Source: Opitutales bacterium
Lineage (GTDB): Bacteria > Verrucomicrobiota > Verrucomicrobiia > Opitutales > Seribacteraceae
DNA length: 64,000 bases
Direction: 5' to 3'
Assembly (NCBI GenBank): GCA_028045305.1
Contig: JAOFTV010000009.1
Location: forward strand, 2,399-66,398
Shown here piece after piece: positions 49,707-59,964 of this stretch (the first letter of the stretch is position 1; every line of letters begins with the position of its first letter). Both the position numbers and the translations under genes were made by a program. A model generated the notes under the pieces. The model searched no databases. It was not told the DNA's origin and saw nothing but the letters and a program-made list of their open reading frames with translations.

Positions 49707-52700
49707 CTAACGGAGGCAGGTTTGTCTATTGGCGGTCGACGATCAACCTCGAAGCCAAGAAAGCGAAAAAACCAACGGCCTCCCTTTTTTAAATCTTCTA
49801 GAATCAGGTAGAGGCAGGGCACCATTAATAGGGTGATAAAGGTCGCGAACATTACACCAAATCCAATAGCAATGGCCATAGGTTTAAGAAACTGTGCCTG
49901 TAAACTTTTTTCAAAAAGGATGGGCATCAAGCCGACAAAGGTAGTCAGCGAAGTAAGGAGGATAGGGCGAAATCTGGCCATCCCTGCGGTCTTTACTGCA
50001 TCCAAAAGAAAGGTTTCTTTCGTTCGTTCGTTTACATAATGAACTAGGACCAGGCTATCATTAATGACCACACCAGTAAGGGCAACTAGCCCGAAGTGTG
50101 AAAGCTGGCTGAGAGGAAGTCCGAAAAGGTAATGTCCGAGGGTTGCCCCGATCAATCCGAATGGAATAACAGACATAATCAAAAAGGGTTGGAGGTAGGA
50201 ACGGAAAGGAATAGCCAGCAGGGCGTAGATGAGAAACAGGCAAATTCCCCCAATGCGGGCAAGACCGGAGTCACTCTCTTCCTGTTCCTTTTTTTCTCCC
50301 ACAAAGGAAAATTTTAACCCGGGATATTCCTGGCGGAGTTGAGGAAGGAAGTTTTTTGCCAAGTCACGCTCAATGCCAGGTACATCGGCTACCACCTTAT
50401 CTGCAGAAGATCCCACATTGATTATCCGTGAACGGTCTGTTCTGGTAATCGTGGAAAAGCCTAAGCCAATTTTAATATCCGCCACTTCTTCCAAGGGAGC
50501 TTCCACACCACTGGGTGTACGCACTCTCAAATTGGAAAGGGCAGTCAGGCTTTTGCGGTCACTCAGAGGGTAACGTAGCATCACCTTGACCTCATCTCTG
50601 TTTCTTTGCAGGCGCTGAATTTCTTCACCGTAATAAGCCTGCCTGACCTGACGGCCAAGATCAGCCTGAGTAAGTCCAATTGATCGACCAGCTGAATTCA
50701 AACGGAGTTGCACTTCGCGTTTGCCCGCGGAAAAGGTATCCCGTTGATCAAATAAACCTTCGTAGGTTTCCAATTGTTTGACAAGCTTTCGACTGGCGAG
50801 GCTCATCTTATCGAGATCAAGCCCAGAGATTTCCACCTCCAATGCGGTACGACTGCCCCCGGCAGCCACATCCCCAAAAAACAATTCCTTTAGCCCTGGA
50901 ATCGGTCCAATTTGTTCCCGCCAGAGAGCAGAAATTTGCGGGGCCGTACGCGTGCGCATTTCCGACTTTATCAATTCCACGCTCACTTCTCCCATGTTCG
51001 AACCAGATACAATATTTGATGAACTCTTTGGTCCGTCTGAAAAAGGCTGGGCACCCATGGTACGCATAACATAGCGAAAGGGATTAGGCTCTCCCATCTT
51101 TTCTAATTCTTCAATGACTTGTAGCCGTGCCTGTTCGATCGTATCCATTGCCTGTTCGGTAGACCGGGCGGGCACACCTTCCTGCATGTTGATCTTGACC
51201 GATATATAATCTGAGGGGACCGGGGGAACTCCTCGGATCGAGGGAACATGCCCGCCGACAATCAGACCAATAGTCACAGCAAATAGGCCAATGAAAAAAG
51301 CGAGGGTCAAGTAGCGGTATCTTAAGCAGGATTCTAAAAATGGCTGGTAGATCTTTTCGATGAACCGTTCAAGTCCTTGTGCAATCTTGTCTTGCAAGCG
51401 GGATAGGAAATTGCTCGGAGCTTGGTTGAAACGGCAAAGGCTTAAATGATAGGGGAGAATAAATTTTGACTCGATGAGCGAGAAAAACAGTGCCGGTATG
51501 ACGACCAAAGGGATATCTTTGAGCAGTTTTCCTAACCATCCCGGAAGAAAGAGCAGGGGAACAAAAGCAACCATACTGGTAATGATTGCGAAGGTAACAG
51601 GCATGGCCACACGGTGAGTACCATCAATGGATGCGGCTAACGGACTTTTCCCACGCCTGCCCTGTGTGTATACAGATTCGCCAACCACAATGGCATCGTC
51701 GACCAGGATTCCAAGAACTACGATAAAGGCAAAGAGAGAGACCAAGTTGATCGAAGCGCCGATCACACCCATGGCAGCAAAGGCCCCCATGAACGAAATT
51801 GGCAGGCCGAGCGCCACCCAAAAAGCCAGGGATGGTCGCAGGAAGAGAGAAAGAACGAGGAAAACCAATAAAAGTCCCTGCGATGCATTATCAATCATCA
51901 TTTGTAAACGTCCGCGCAGGTAATAAGAACTATCCTGCCAGATCGTCATTTTAACACCCTCGGGAAGATTGGGACGGATGGCCTCGACATAATCGCTAAC
52001 TTTATCAGAGATATCCAAGGGGCTTTGATTGCCCACGCGAAAAACTCGTAGGGTAACTGCGGGTTGTTCGTCAAAAATGGTGTATAGTGCTTTGTCTTCG
52101 AACGCGTCTTTTACTTTCGCAACTTCTCCTAAAGTCACACTCGACCCATTTTCTGAGGGTAATAATTCAATGGCATCAAACTCCTGGCCATCCCGGGCTT
52201 TACCCATTGATCGAAGCAGGGTTTCACCCGCAGCAGTCCGGGCAACTCCACCAGGAACATCGAGCGAGGTTTGACGGAGGGTGCGAGCAACTTCGTCAAA
52301 ACTAAGTCCATGTTCGCGCAGAGCGGATTCGGAAACCTCGATCCCAATTTGAGGTTTACGAATCCCGGCGATCTCGACCTGAGTGATGCCTGGAAGGTTA
52401 GTCAAATCATCCAGGGTTTGATCGGCTAATTTGCGTAGAGATTTTTCATCACAGTTTCCATGAATGGCAACCGCGAGGACACGCCTTTTAATGGTGGTCA
52501 CTTCAACCATTGGTTTTTCCGCTTCTTCTGGCAGGGTAAGAATAGAATCAACCCGAACTTTTATTTCGTCAGCAAGCAGTTTGGCATCCCTTCCACGTTC
52601 TACCTGGACTGAGACCACTCCAAAGTTCTCGCGTGAATACGAGGTCATTTCCTTGATGCCAGTAAGGTCCCAGATTTTTTCTTCAATTTGTTTGCATATA

Positions 52701-52879
52701 CCGTCCTCCACTTCAAGGGGTGCGGCTCCTGGGTAGGCCACAGAGATGGTGACGAGATCGAGGTCGAAGTCAGGGAAAAGCTCCATTTTCAACCCACGCA
52801 CGGAAAAAATTCCCGCAATGAGAATGACCCCCATGAGGAGGTTGGCGGCTACTCCGTTTTTGGCAAACCAAGCAATCAT
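49703..52879 (-). CDS. RND efflux permease (AcrB family)
   Basis: GILVDDAIVVGE and RFRPILLTSLTT; 12-TM RND layout. Confidence 0.95.
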   Translation of the reverse strand: MIAWFAKNGVAANLLMGVILIAGIFSVRGLKMELFPDFDLDLVTISVAYPGAAPLEVEDGICKQIEEKIWDLTGIKEMTSYSRENFGVVSVQVERGRDAKLLADEIKVRVDSILTLPEEAEKPMVEVTTIKRRVLAVAIHGNCDEKSLRKLADQTLDDLTNLPGITQVEIAGIRKPQIGIEVSESALREHGLSFDEVARTLRQTSLDVPGGVARTAAGETLLRSMGKARDGQEFDAIELLPSENGSSVTLGEVAKVKDAFEDKALYTIFDEQPAVTLRVFRVGNQSPLDISDKVSDYVEAIRPNLPEGVKMTIWQDSSYYLRGRLQMMIDNASQGLLLVFLVLSLFLRPSLAFWVALGLPISFMGAFAAMGVIGASINLVSLFAFIVVLGILVDDAIVVGESVYTQGRRGKSPLAASIDGTHRVAMPVTFAIITSMVAFVPLLFLPGWLGKLLKDIPLVVIPALFFSLIESKFILPYHLSLCRFNQAPSNFLSRLQDKIAQGLERFIEKIYQPFLESCLRYRYLTLAFFIGLFAVTIGLIVGGHVPSIRGVPPVPSDYISVKINMQEGVPARSTEQAMDTIEQARLQVIEELEKMGEPNPFRYVMRTMGAQPFSDGPKSSSNIVSGSNMGEVSVELIKSEMRTRTAPQISALWREQIGPIPGLKELFFGDVAAGGSRTALEVEISGLDLDKMSLASRKLVKQLETYEGLFDQRDTFSAGKREVQLRLNSAGRSIGLTQADLGRQVRQAYYGEEIQRLQRNRDEVKVMLRYPLSDRKSLTALSNLRVRTPSGVEAPLEEVADIKIGLGFSTITRTDRSRIINVGSSADKVVADVPGIERDLAKNFLPQLRQEYPGLKFSFVGEKKEQEESDSGLARIGGICLFLIYALLAIPFRSYLQPFLIMSVIPFGLIGATLGHYLFGLPLSQLSHFGLVALTGVVINDSLVLVHYVNERTKETFLLDAVKTAGMARFRPILLTSLTTFVGLMPILFEKSLQAQFLKPMAIAIGFGVMFATFITLLMVPCLYLILEDLKKGGRWFFRFLGFEVDRRPPIDKPASVS

Positions 52880-54109
52880 TTATTTACTCCCGTTGGAATC
52901 GTTAGTCGGAATCTTTTCACCAGCTTGGAGGGGTTTGTCTTCTCCGACTACCCGAACCTTCATGCCTTCCGAAATTACTTCAATAGGAGTGGTGCAAACA
53001 CGCTCACCGTTTTTGATTCCGCTACCGACCCATACTTGTCGGTCAGCCCGATGAAGAACCTCAACCTGGCGCGATCTTAAACCGTTTTTATCGTCCACTA
53101 CTAAAATGGTGGTGAGATCCCGAAAGGCAGATTCCGGCAATAGGTAAAAGGGAACTTTCTTACCAATAAGTTTTAAATTGGAAAAGGTTCCAAGGCTCAA
53201 TGGATTCTTGACTGGTTTTTTGGAAAAGGGATTGGCGAAGCACCTGTCAATTCGAGCGATAAAATTAGTCAACCTGGTCTTGGGGTCCACGATACCCTGG
53301 GATCGATCGATAAAACCAAAATGGGTTGCCTTTCCTTCACGATCCAAGGTTTCAACCTTTATTTTTGAGAGCTCGGAGTTAGAGCCATCGACAAAACCTA
53401 GGAAATCAATTTCCCTCTGGCTTAGTGAAAGGTCGATCTCTGCAGAATCGAGGGAGTAGACCTCGGCCAGGGCGGCTGAAGTTCCTCCCCCCACTCGTTG
53501 CCCACGGTCGACCATCGTACGGATAATCCGACCATCAAATGGGGCAAGTACTTTGGCACGGGATAGGTTTTTCTTGGCCTGCGCAACAAAGGCTCTTGCC
53601 GCATGAGTTTCTGCTTCTGCTTTGCGAATTTGAGGGATTCGTCGGACCAATTCTGAGGCTTGTGTCCAATCCCGGTCTCCCCATTCGCTCTTTGCTTGTT
53701 CGGCAAGCTCCTGCTCCTGAACCAATTGAAGCTGGGTGCGACGCAGGTTTGCCTCTGCCTCAGCGACATTGCTAAGCAGGTCAACTTCTTCGATTTTGAC
53801 CAATAAATCACTCTTTCGGAAAAAACCACCTGCCCGAAATGAGGGAGCCAGATCCTGTTCTGTAAACGGAGCCACTGCTTCGATGATTCCTGGAACTTCC
53901 GCAATCAATGTGGTCAATGTACGCGGACGAACTACGCCATGGGTACGAAGGTTTGCGGGGAGGGATTTCTTTTCGGCCACCACGACTTCGACATAGGGAG
54001 ATTCCCTTTTAAATTCACGGGGTTGCGGTTGGGGGCGCATCTGGATCAAGTACCAGGCAAACCAGACAAGCGTGGCAAGAACGAGTGGGGGAAGAATATA
54101 TTTTCTCAT
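52880..54109 (-). CDS. RND periplasmic adaptor (membrane fusion protein)
   Basis: N-terminal TM; helical hairpin; VLAPFDG, VDPKTR and LPESA. Confidence 0.92.
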   Translation of the reverse strand: MRKYILPPLVLATLVWFAWYLIQMRPQPQPREFKRESPYVEVVVAEKKSLPANLRTHGVVRPRTLTTLIAEVPGIIEAVAPFTEQDLAPSFRAGGFFRKSDLLVKIEEVDLLSNVAEAEANLRRTQLQLVQEQELAEQAKSEWGDRDWTQASELVRRIPQIRKAEAETHAARAFVAQAKKNLSRAKVLAPFDGRIIRTMVDRGQRVGGGTSAALAEVYSLDSAEIDLSLSQREIDFLGFVDGSNSELSKIKVETLDREGKATHFGFIDRSQGIVDPKTRLTNFIARIDRCFANPFSKKPVKNPLSLGTFSNLKLIGKKVPFYLLPESAFRDLTTILVVDDKNGLRSRQVEVLHRADRQVWVGSGIKNGERVCTTPIEVISEGMKVRVVGEDKPLQAGEKIPTNDSNGSK

Positions 54110-55536
54110 GATTTTTCGGCCAATGGGGATAATCCCAAGGCTAAGTATAGATCAATTCGGTTGTGCAAGCGTTGCTTGCGTATATTAAAAGCCCGACTTC
54201 TAGCATCAAAGGCACGCCTTTGGTTTTCCAAAGCGTTAAAGATTGCCTCCACTCCGCGTTGGTATCTTTCCCAACTTAACTTGGCGGCTTGTTCAGAGGA
54301 TTGAGCGGCCAGTTCGATTAACTTTTCTTGCTCAGCTAATCGAATTTCCGCGGCCAACAGGTTTTCAACCTCAGCAAATGCACGCAGTGCAGTGGAACGA
54401 TATTGTCCCCAAGCTGCTGCTTGGATTGCTTTTGCTTGGCGCTGCGCTGCCCGCAATCGACCACCATTGAAAATGGGTTGGGTCAGGGAACCATTGATTC
54501 CCCAGGTCTGGAAGTTTTGATCTAACAAGTTTTCAAACTCATCGCTACGACTTCCCGGGCCACCGGTTAGGGCGAGTGAAGGGAAAAAGTTTTTTCGGGC
54601 GACCTGAAGGTCAAGGCCAGCACTAAGAGCTTTTTTCTCAGCAGCGAGCAAATCTGGACGTTGGGTTAAAGTTTGGCTGGGGGTAGGTATGGAAATCTGG
54701 GGATCAGGAAATTCTCCAATCTCTTCACTTAAATTTTGATCAAGGGTATTACTGGGGTATTTTCCTAATAAAAAATTCAGTCGCCTTGTGTCCGATTCAA
54801 GCTGCCCAGCAAGGGCGAGGCTTTGCGCTTGGGCGGTAGCAGCAATTGCCTGGGCAAGGTTTTTATCGAGGCCATTGGCAAGGCCCTTTTCATATCTTTC
54901 TTCTACGAAGGTTTGATTTTGGATGAATGACTGGGCACTTTTACGAGCAAGTCCGAGTTGTTGAGTTCCTTCAATCAGGTCGTACCATGCTTTGGCTGTT
55001 TGACCAGCCAGGGACAGGCGTGAACCCTTATATTCTAAGCTGTCCGCTTCAAATGCTCGTAGGGCTGAATCCCGGTTGTCAGCGAGTTTTCCCCACAAGT
55101 CCAATTCCCAACTGATATTAAGCCCTGAGGTAAAACTGTTGCTGGTAAAAGAAGTACTTCCGTTAGGTAGGTTGAAGCCAATAAGGTTCCGTTTCGAACG
55201 ACTTCCAGTAACTTCTGCTTGTGCGGTTGGAAGAAGTTGAGCCCCTAGAATGGTGGCACGTTCGCCTTGAGCAATTAATCGTTCACTTAAGATCAATAAG
55301 TCAGGGTTCTCTGCCCATGCCTGCTCAATTACTTTAACAAGCGATTTCCCACCTAGAGTACGAGCCCAACCTGTTTCTGACAGGTTGGCGTCGATAGAAG
55401 AATGATTGGATTCCCAACTTTGCGGAGCAGGTATTTCCGAGACCAATTCTTTCTGAGCAAGCGGGGCGATGCATCCAATAAATAAAAAATGGAAAGCTGC
55501 AAAAAAGGGTGTGAGGAAAATAAGATTAGACTTCAT
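54106..55536 (-). CDS. Outer membrane efflux lipoprotein (NodT/OprM family)
   Basis: Lipobox FIGC; NPDL, SWELDLWG, RPDL, QPIFNGG and LYLALG. Confidence 0.93.
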   Translation of the reverse strand: MKSNLIFLTPFFAAFHFLFIGCIAPLAQKELVSEIPAPQSWESNHSSIDANLSETGWARTLGGKSLVKVIEQAWAENPDLLILSERLIAQGERATILGAQLLPTAQAEVTGSRSKRNLIGFNLPNGSTSFTSNSFTSGLNISWELDLWGKLADNRDSALRAFEADSLEYKGSRLSLAGQTAKAWYDLIEGTQQLGLARKSAQSFIQNQTFVEERYEKGLANGLDKNLAQAIAATAQAQSLALAGQLESDTRRLNFLLGKYPSNTLDQNLSEEIGEFPDPQISIPTPSQTLTQRPDLLAAEKKALSAGLDLQVARKNFFPSLALTGGPGSRSDEFENLLDQNFQTWGINGSLTQPIFNGGRLRAAQRQAKAIQAAAWGQYRSTALRAFAEVENLLAAEIRLAEQEKLIELAAQSSEQAAKLSWERYQRGVEAIFNALENQRRAFDARSRAFNIRKQRLHNRIDLYLALGLSPLAEKS

Positions 55537-55537
55537 T

Positions 55538-56209
55538 CTAAGAGGAGGCGTTGACGCCTTTAACAAAACCGTGAGTCACAAATCGGATCAAGCGGTCGAT
55601 CATTTCGTTGACTTCTTCCTCGTTGCATTCTCCCTCCGTAAAGTCACCAAGTCGGCGATGTTGGGCTAATGAACCGAGCATGGACGAAACGGCAAGATGG
55701 AGGTGCCAGTGGATTTCCTTAGGTGGAGCGTGGGGGTACGCGAGAGAGAGTTCTTGGTGGTATAACTTGGCAATTTGAGAAAAAAATCTTTGATGCATGC
55801 GTTCAATGAAACTAACGGGTTCGGTAAAAGTACGGGCAACCAGTTGGGCGAGACTCCAGCGAGATTTGGAACTGCGGGCTATTTCTTCTCCAATGGGAAA
55901 AATTAAAGAATGAAAGATTTCGCGTGCAGAAGGTGCAGTTTTCCCGTTTCTTGCTTTTGCTTCATCTAAAAGTTCGATTCTCCGGGCATTTATTGGTTGA
56001 ATACGTTCGCGCAGCATTTCCAGAACAAGGGCGTCCTTAGACCCAAAGTGGTAGTTAGCTGCTGCGAGATTCGCGTTCGCTTCAAGAGCGACCGAGCGCA
56101 TAGTCAACCCATTGTATCCGTGCTGTGCAAATAATCTTGCCGTTGCATTGATCAACCGTTTGCGGGTAGATAACTTTGTTTTAACTATTTGCGAAGAGGA
56201 TGAAATCAC
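55538..56209 (-). CDS. TetR-family regulator (PsrA-like)
   Basis: TRKRLINATARLFAQHG...NLAAANYHFGSK; GTG at 56209 chosen (ORF track starts at 56257). Confidence 0.88.
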   Translation of the reverse strand: MISSSSQIVKTKLSTRKRLINATARLFAQHGYNGLTMRSVALEANANLAAANYHFGSKDALVLEMLRERIQPINARRIELLDEAKARNGKTAPSAREIFHSLIFPIGEEIARSSKSRWSLAQLVARTFTEPVSFIERMHQRFFSQIAKLYHQELSLAYPHAPPKEIHWHLHLAVSSMLGSLAQHRRLGDFTEGECNEEEVNEMIDRLIRFVTHGFVKGVNASS

Positions 56210-56219
56210 AGTACAGCAA

Positions 56220-56237
56220 TTAAAACGCTTGTTTGAA
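56220..56237. promoter_or_regulatory. Candidate TetR autoregulatory operator
   Basis: TTAAAAC-GCTT-GTTTGAA (arms match at 6 of 7 positions), resembling the PsrA site AAAC-N4-GTTT, just upstream of the TetR start. Confidence 0.5.
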
Positions 56238-56372
56238 AAAATACAAACCAATACCAATTATTTCATCATTATGGTAATGGAGTGGCAAGGGGGTTAATGG
56301 TTGACTTTAAGAGCTAGTTTTAGTTGTATTCTCAGCTTTTCCCAAATTTTCAAGTACTCACTCCGTTCGAAT

Positions 56373-57275
56373 ATGATTAAGATACGTTTGCAAAGGCATG
56401 GTGCCCGTCACGCCCCCTTCTACCGCATGGTAGTTACTCCATCGGAAACTCGCCGTGATGGCCGTTACATAGAGGTTTTAGGGACTTATAATCCCCAGTC
56501 CTCAGCCCGTGAACGCGAGCTCGATCTGAAGATGGACCGTATCGATCATTGGTTGGATGTGGGGGCTCAGCCAACTGATACCGCCAAAAGTTTAATCCGC
56601 CAGGGTCGTCTGTCACCCGAAGAGTGGTTAAAACGGACGGAAGCTAAGTCGGCAGCCAAAACTGCTCGCATTTCCAAGAAAAAAACACCTGCTCCTGTAG
56701 CCGAAGCTCCAGTGAAAGAAGAAGCCAAATCTGATGAAGCTCCTGCCGAAGAGGCCAAGGAGGAACCGAAAGCAGAAGAGCCAGTTGCTGAAGCCGAGGA
56801 GGCTAAGGAAGAAGCTGTAAAAGAAGAAGCCAAAGCTGAGGAGGCTCCCGCCAAAGAGGCTAAGGAGGAACCGAAAGCGGAAGAGCCAGTTGCTGAAGCC
56901 GAGGAAGCCAAGGAAGAAGCTGTAAAAGAAGAAGCCAAAGCTGAGGAGGCTCCCGCCAAAGAGGCTAAGGAGGAACCGAAAGCGGAAGAGCCAGTTGCTG
57001 AAGCCGAGGAAGCCAAGGAAGAAGCTTCAAAGGAAGAAGCCAAAGCTGAGAAGCCAGCGCCAAAGGCGAAAAAAACCAAGGAAGAACCCGCTAAGGAAGA
57101 GCCTAAAGCTGAAAAACCTCCCGCTAAAGAAGGAGAAGGGGAAGACAAAAAAGAAGCTGCAGAGAAACCAAAAGCGAAGAAAGCCCCAGCTAAAAAAGCG
57201 AAGAAGGATGAGTCCAAGGATAAGCCTGAAGACACTTCATCTGAGGAGGCCAAGGAAGAATCGAAAGATTCCTGA
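56373..57275 (+). CDS. rpsP: 30S ribosomal protein S16 with a ~200-aa E/A/K/P-rich repetitive tail
   Basis: MIKIRLQRHG...PFYRMVV...RDGRYIEVLGTYNP...GAQPTDT; followed by trmD-rplS. Confidence 0.95.
   Translation: MIKIRLQRHGARHAPFYRMVVTPSETRRDGRYIEVLGTYNPQSSARERELDLKMDRIDHWLDVGAQPTDTAKSLIRQGRLSPEEWLKRTEAKSAAKTARISKKKTPAPVAEAPVKEEAKSDEAPAEEAKEEPKAEEPVAEAEEAKEEAVKEEAKAEEAPAKEAKEEPKAEEPVAEAEEAKEEAVKEEAKAEEAPAKEAKEEPKAEEPVAEAEEAKEEASKEEAKAEKPAPKAKKTKEEPAKEEPKAEKPPAKEGEGEDKKEAAEKPKAKKAPAKKAKKDESKDKPEDTSSEEAKEESKDS
56718..57050 (+). repeat. About 3.2 tandem copies of a 105-bp (35-aa) unit inside rpsP
   Basis: Units start at 56718, 56823, 56928 and (partial) 57033; consensus EEAKAEEAPAKEAKEEPKAEEPVAEAEEAKEEAVK. 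Confidence 0.93.
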
Positions 57276-57335
57276 TCTTTCTTTCTGCTGTTTTTTTCTG
57301 ACCTTCTCAATTTGTAATGCCTTTTTTCGGCACCG

Positions 57336-58049
57336 ATGATCCAACCTATGAATTCACCCCTGCGTTTCGACGTTCTTTCCCTTTTTCCGGGAACTGTTGA
57401 TTCATTTGCAGGCGAAAGTATTTTGGGTAAAGCATCGGCTCGTGGATTGGTTGAAGTTTCTTCCCATGACCTTCGCGACTGGTCAAAAGGTAAACATCGT
57501 GAAGCAGATGACCGTCCATTTGGAGGTGGTGCTGGGATGGTGCTGAAACCAGAACCGCTTTTTGACGCCGTAGAGGAATTATCAAGCCCGCAGAGCACCG
57601 TAATTTATATGGCTCCAGATGGAGATCCTTTCACCACGCAAATGGCCAAAGAGCTTTCAACCTCGCAGCATTTGGTTTTAATCAGCGGGCATTACGAGGG
57701 AATTGACCAGCGTGTTCGTGACGAACTGGTTCATCGCGAAGTTAGTATTGGAGACTATGTACTGACCAACGGATCACTGGCTGCTGCAGTCATGATTGAT
57801 GCGGTAAGTCGGCACCTTCCTGGAGTTCTAGGAGATGACGAGTCTCTTCTCGACGAATCTTTTGAGGACGATTTACTGGGATGCCCCCAGTACACGCGTC
57901 CTGCCGAATTTAGAGGCCTGAAGGTTCCGGAAGTTCTTCTTTCGGGAAATCATGAGGAAATTGCACGTTGGCGCCATGAGCAAAGAGTGCAAAAGACCCT
58001 TAGTCTTCGGCCTGACCTCTCAACCAACACCCAAACTACTAGGAATTGA
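57336..58049 (+). CDS. trmD: tRNA (guanine37-N1)-methyltransferase
   Basis: DDRPFGGGAGM, GHYEGIDQR, SIGDYVLT and PQYTRP. Confidence 0.97.
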   Translation: MIQPMNSPLRFDVLSLFPGTVDSFAGESILGKASARGLVEVSSHDLRDWSKGKHREADDRPFGGGAGMVLKPEPLFDAVEELSSPQSTVIYMAPDGDPFTTQMAKELSTSQHLVLISGHYEGIDQRVRDELVHREVSIGDYVLTNGSLAAAVMIDAVSRHLPGVLGDDESLLDESFEDDLLGCPQYTRPAEFRGLKVPEVLLSGNHEEIARWRHEQRVQKTLSLRPDLSTNTQTTRN

Positions 58050-58053
58050 TAAG

Positions 58054-58428
58054 ATGAATGAACAATTGTTGAATGAAATCACCAGCGAGTACCTTCAAGA
58101 AGGTCGCGACGCATTCAAAGTCGGGGATGGGGTAAAAGTACATGTCCGAGTCCGCGAAGGCGAAAAAGAACGGATTCAAGTATTTGCCGGTATTGTTATT
58201 GCCCGTAAGGGGTCAGGTATCCACGAAACCTTTACAGTTCGGAGAATAGCTTCTGGAGTCGGAGTGGAACGGGTATTCCCGGTTCATTCACCCCTGATCG
58301 AAAAGGTGGAAGTGGATCGCGAGAGCATTACCATGCGTTCGCGTATGTACTACCTTCGTGATCGCATTGGTAAGGAAGCTACCAAGGTCAAAGAAAAACG
58401 TATTTTCGAAAAGAAGAGAAAGAATTAG
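58054..58428 (+). CDS. rplS: 50S ribosomal protein L19
   Basis: FKVGDGVKV, ERIQVFAG, FTVRRIASGVGVERVFP and YYLR. Confidence 0.97.
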   Translation: MNEQLLNEITSEYLQEGRDAFKVGDGVKVHVRVREGEKERIQVFAGIVIARKGSGIHETFTVRRIASGVGVERVFPVHSPLIEKVEVDRESITMRSRMYYLRDRIGKEATKVKEKRIFEKKRKN

Positions 58429-58506
58429 TACAAAGCACCTGTTCTGGTTCTTTGGTCTAAGAATGTTTTTTACGCAGTTTGCCAAATAGTAAACAGTAGG
58501 GCTTTT

Positions 58507-59949
58507 TTAAGTTCGCAAAAGGTTCAACCTTTCGGGGGAGAGAAATTGTTCAAGCATTTTTCGACCATTTGCAAACTCGACTGTGCTATGGGTTTCTTCC
58601 ATGATTCTTCGGTAAAGTTGATGGACTCTCATACCGTATGCCAAGGTGGAAAAATGTTCGCTTACAGAATTTTGATTACACTGAATTTTTTCGTTTGTTA
58701 AGATATCCAATCCTGCTTGTTCTCTTAAGGAGTTGCAATGCTCTTGAGAGGATTTGATTTTTTGAATGACTTCTTTTTGCATATCCTCGTCTAAACGTCC
58801 AAAGTCGATATGGTCATTCATGCACATGGCAGCATGGGCACGATTTAAGGAATTCACGGGCAAAGGGACCTGGTATTGCTTGTAAACATAATCGAGGGAT
58901 TTTTTGATCTTATTTCTTAGTAAATCCTTATTTAAGAGGGATTGTTCAACCCAAAGGTTTGCGTAAAGGTTTTCAAGGCTCACTCCCTTCCGGGCAAAAT
59001 CAGAAGTAATGTCCGGAATATTTCTTCCGCACAGACTCTTTCCGAAGCTCCAGGGTTCCAAGAATCCTAGTCCAAAGCCTTCTGCCACGCTAACATTGAT
59101 GATTGATGAGACTCGTTGGACGAGTTCAGGAAAGCTTTCCTTTATTTGTTCACCCAATCCATAGGTTAAGGAAAGGCCTAAACTCTTTCCAAACTCTTTC
59201 CAATTCTCATAGGTTGCCTGGAAGGATTGATTGGTTGGACCTAGGCTGTTGGCAAAATGGATTTCCGGGTGAGATGCGGCAAGTAAAGCGAGTTCTCCCA
59301 AATTTTTCCTTCTCACTGCCCGCACTGGGTAGAGGTAGAGATTATCGGGGATTTTAGAATTGGTTGGTTCTGTTTTGTTTCTTTCAATTGGAGTGACGCT
59401 AGGTACGGCGTTGGCCAGTAAATGAACCGGGCTTGGATGATCTTGAAGCATTGACTGCAAAAAAGAGCAGTCTCTGCTATTGAGGGCGGCATAATGAATT
59501 CGTTCACCCGTTGGATAGGCTTTTTCATGACTTTTTCCAAGATTATGAAAGTTTTCCGGTCTACCATCCTCGGCAAAGTCATGAGGTTGTAAAAGTAAGG
59601 GAGCACCATGCTTGGCAAGTTGGGCAACTGCCTGAGTGAGAGCAGGGTTTTTCCCGAGGGAGTGGTTGTGCACATGCCAAAGGTCGGGAAGTTGACCGAG
59701 CGCATCGCGAGCGGCATCCTCCATTCTTAAAAGGAGAGTTTTGGGATCAATCGAATCAGCCAGAGCCGCATAATCGAGTCCTTCAACGACCCGTACCTCG
59801 TCAAGGATTTTGCCGGTGTAAGGCCGACCGCTAAGAATAACCCATTGATCAGGACCTTTTCCCGAATCTTTCCATGATTGGACAGTGTTTTCTAAAACTC
59901 GGGTAACTCCACCCGGTTCAAGGTGGTAATGTACCAGAGCTACCTTCAT
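58507..59949 (-). CDS. GT-B (GT4-like) glycosyltransferase
   Basis: HYHLEPGGV, YPVRAVRRKN and SVAEGFGLGFLE. Confidence 0.8.
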   Translation of the reverse strand: MKVALVHYHLEPGGVTRVLENTVQSWKDSGKGPDQWVILSGRPYTGKILDEVRVVEGLDYAALADSIDPKTLLLRMEDAARDALGQLPDLWHVHNHSLGKNPALTQAVAQLAKHGAPLLLQPHDFAEDGRPENFHNLGKSHEKAYPTGERIHYAALNSRDCSFLQSMLQDHPSPVHLLANAVPSVTPIERNKTEPTNSKIPDNLYLYPVRAVRRKNLGELALLAASHPEIHFANSLGPTNQSFQATYENWKEFGKSLGLSLTYGLGEQIKESFPELVQRVSSIINVSVAEGFGLGFLEPWSFGKSLCGRNIPDITSDFARKGVSLENLYANLWVEQSLLNKDLLRNKIKKSLDYVYKQYQVPLPVNSLNRAHAAMCMNDHIDFGRLDEDMQKEVIQKIKSSQEHCNSLREQAGLDILTNEKIQCNQNSVSEHFSTLAYGMRVHQLYRRIMEETHSTVEFANGRKMLEQFLSPERLNLLRT

Positions 59950-59964
59950 GGAGAAAAAGATAAA

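Noticed and set aside
56567-57598. 343-aa minus-strand Ser/Ala-rich ORF
   Set aside because: Antisense shadow of the repetitive rpsP tail and the start of trmD
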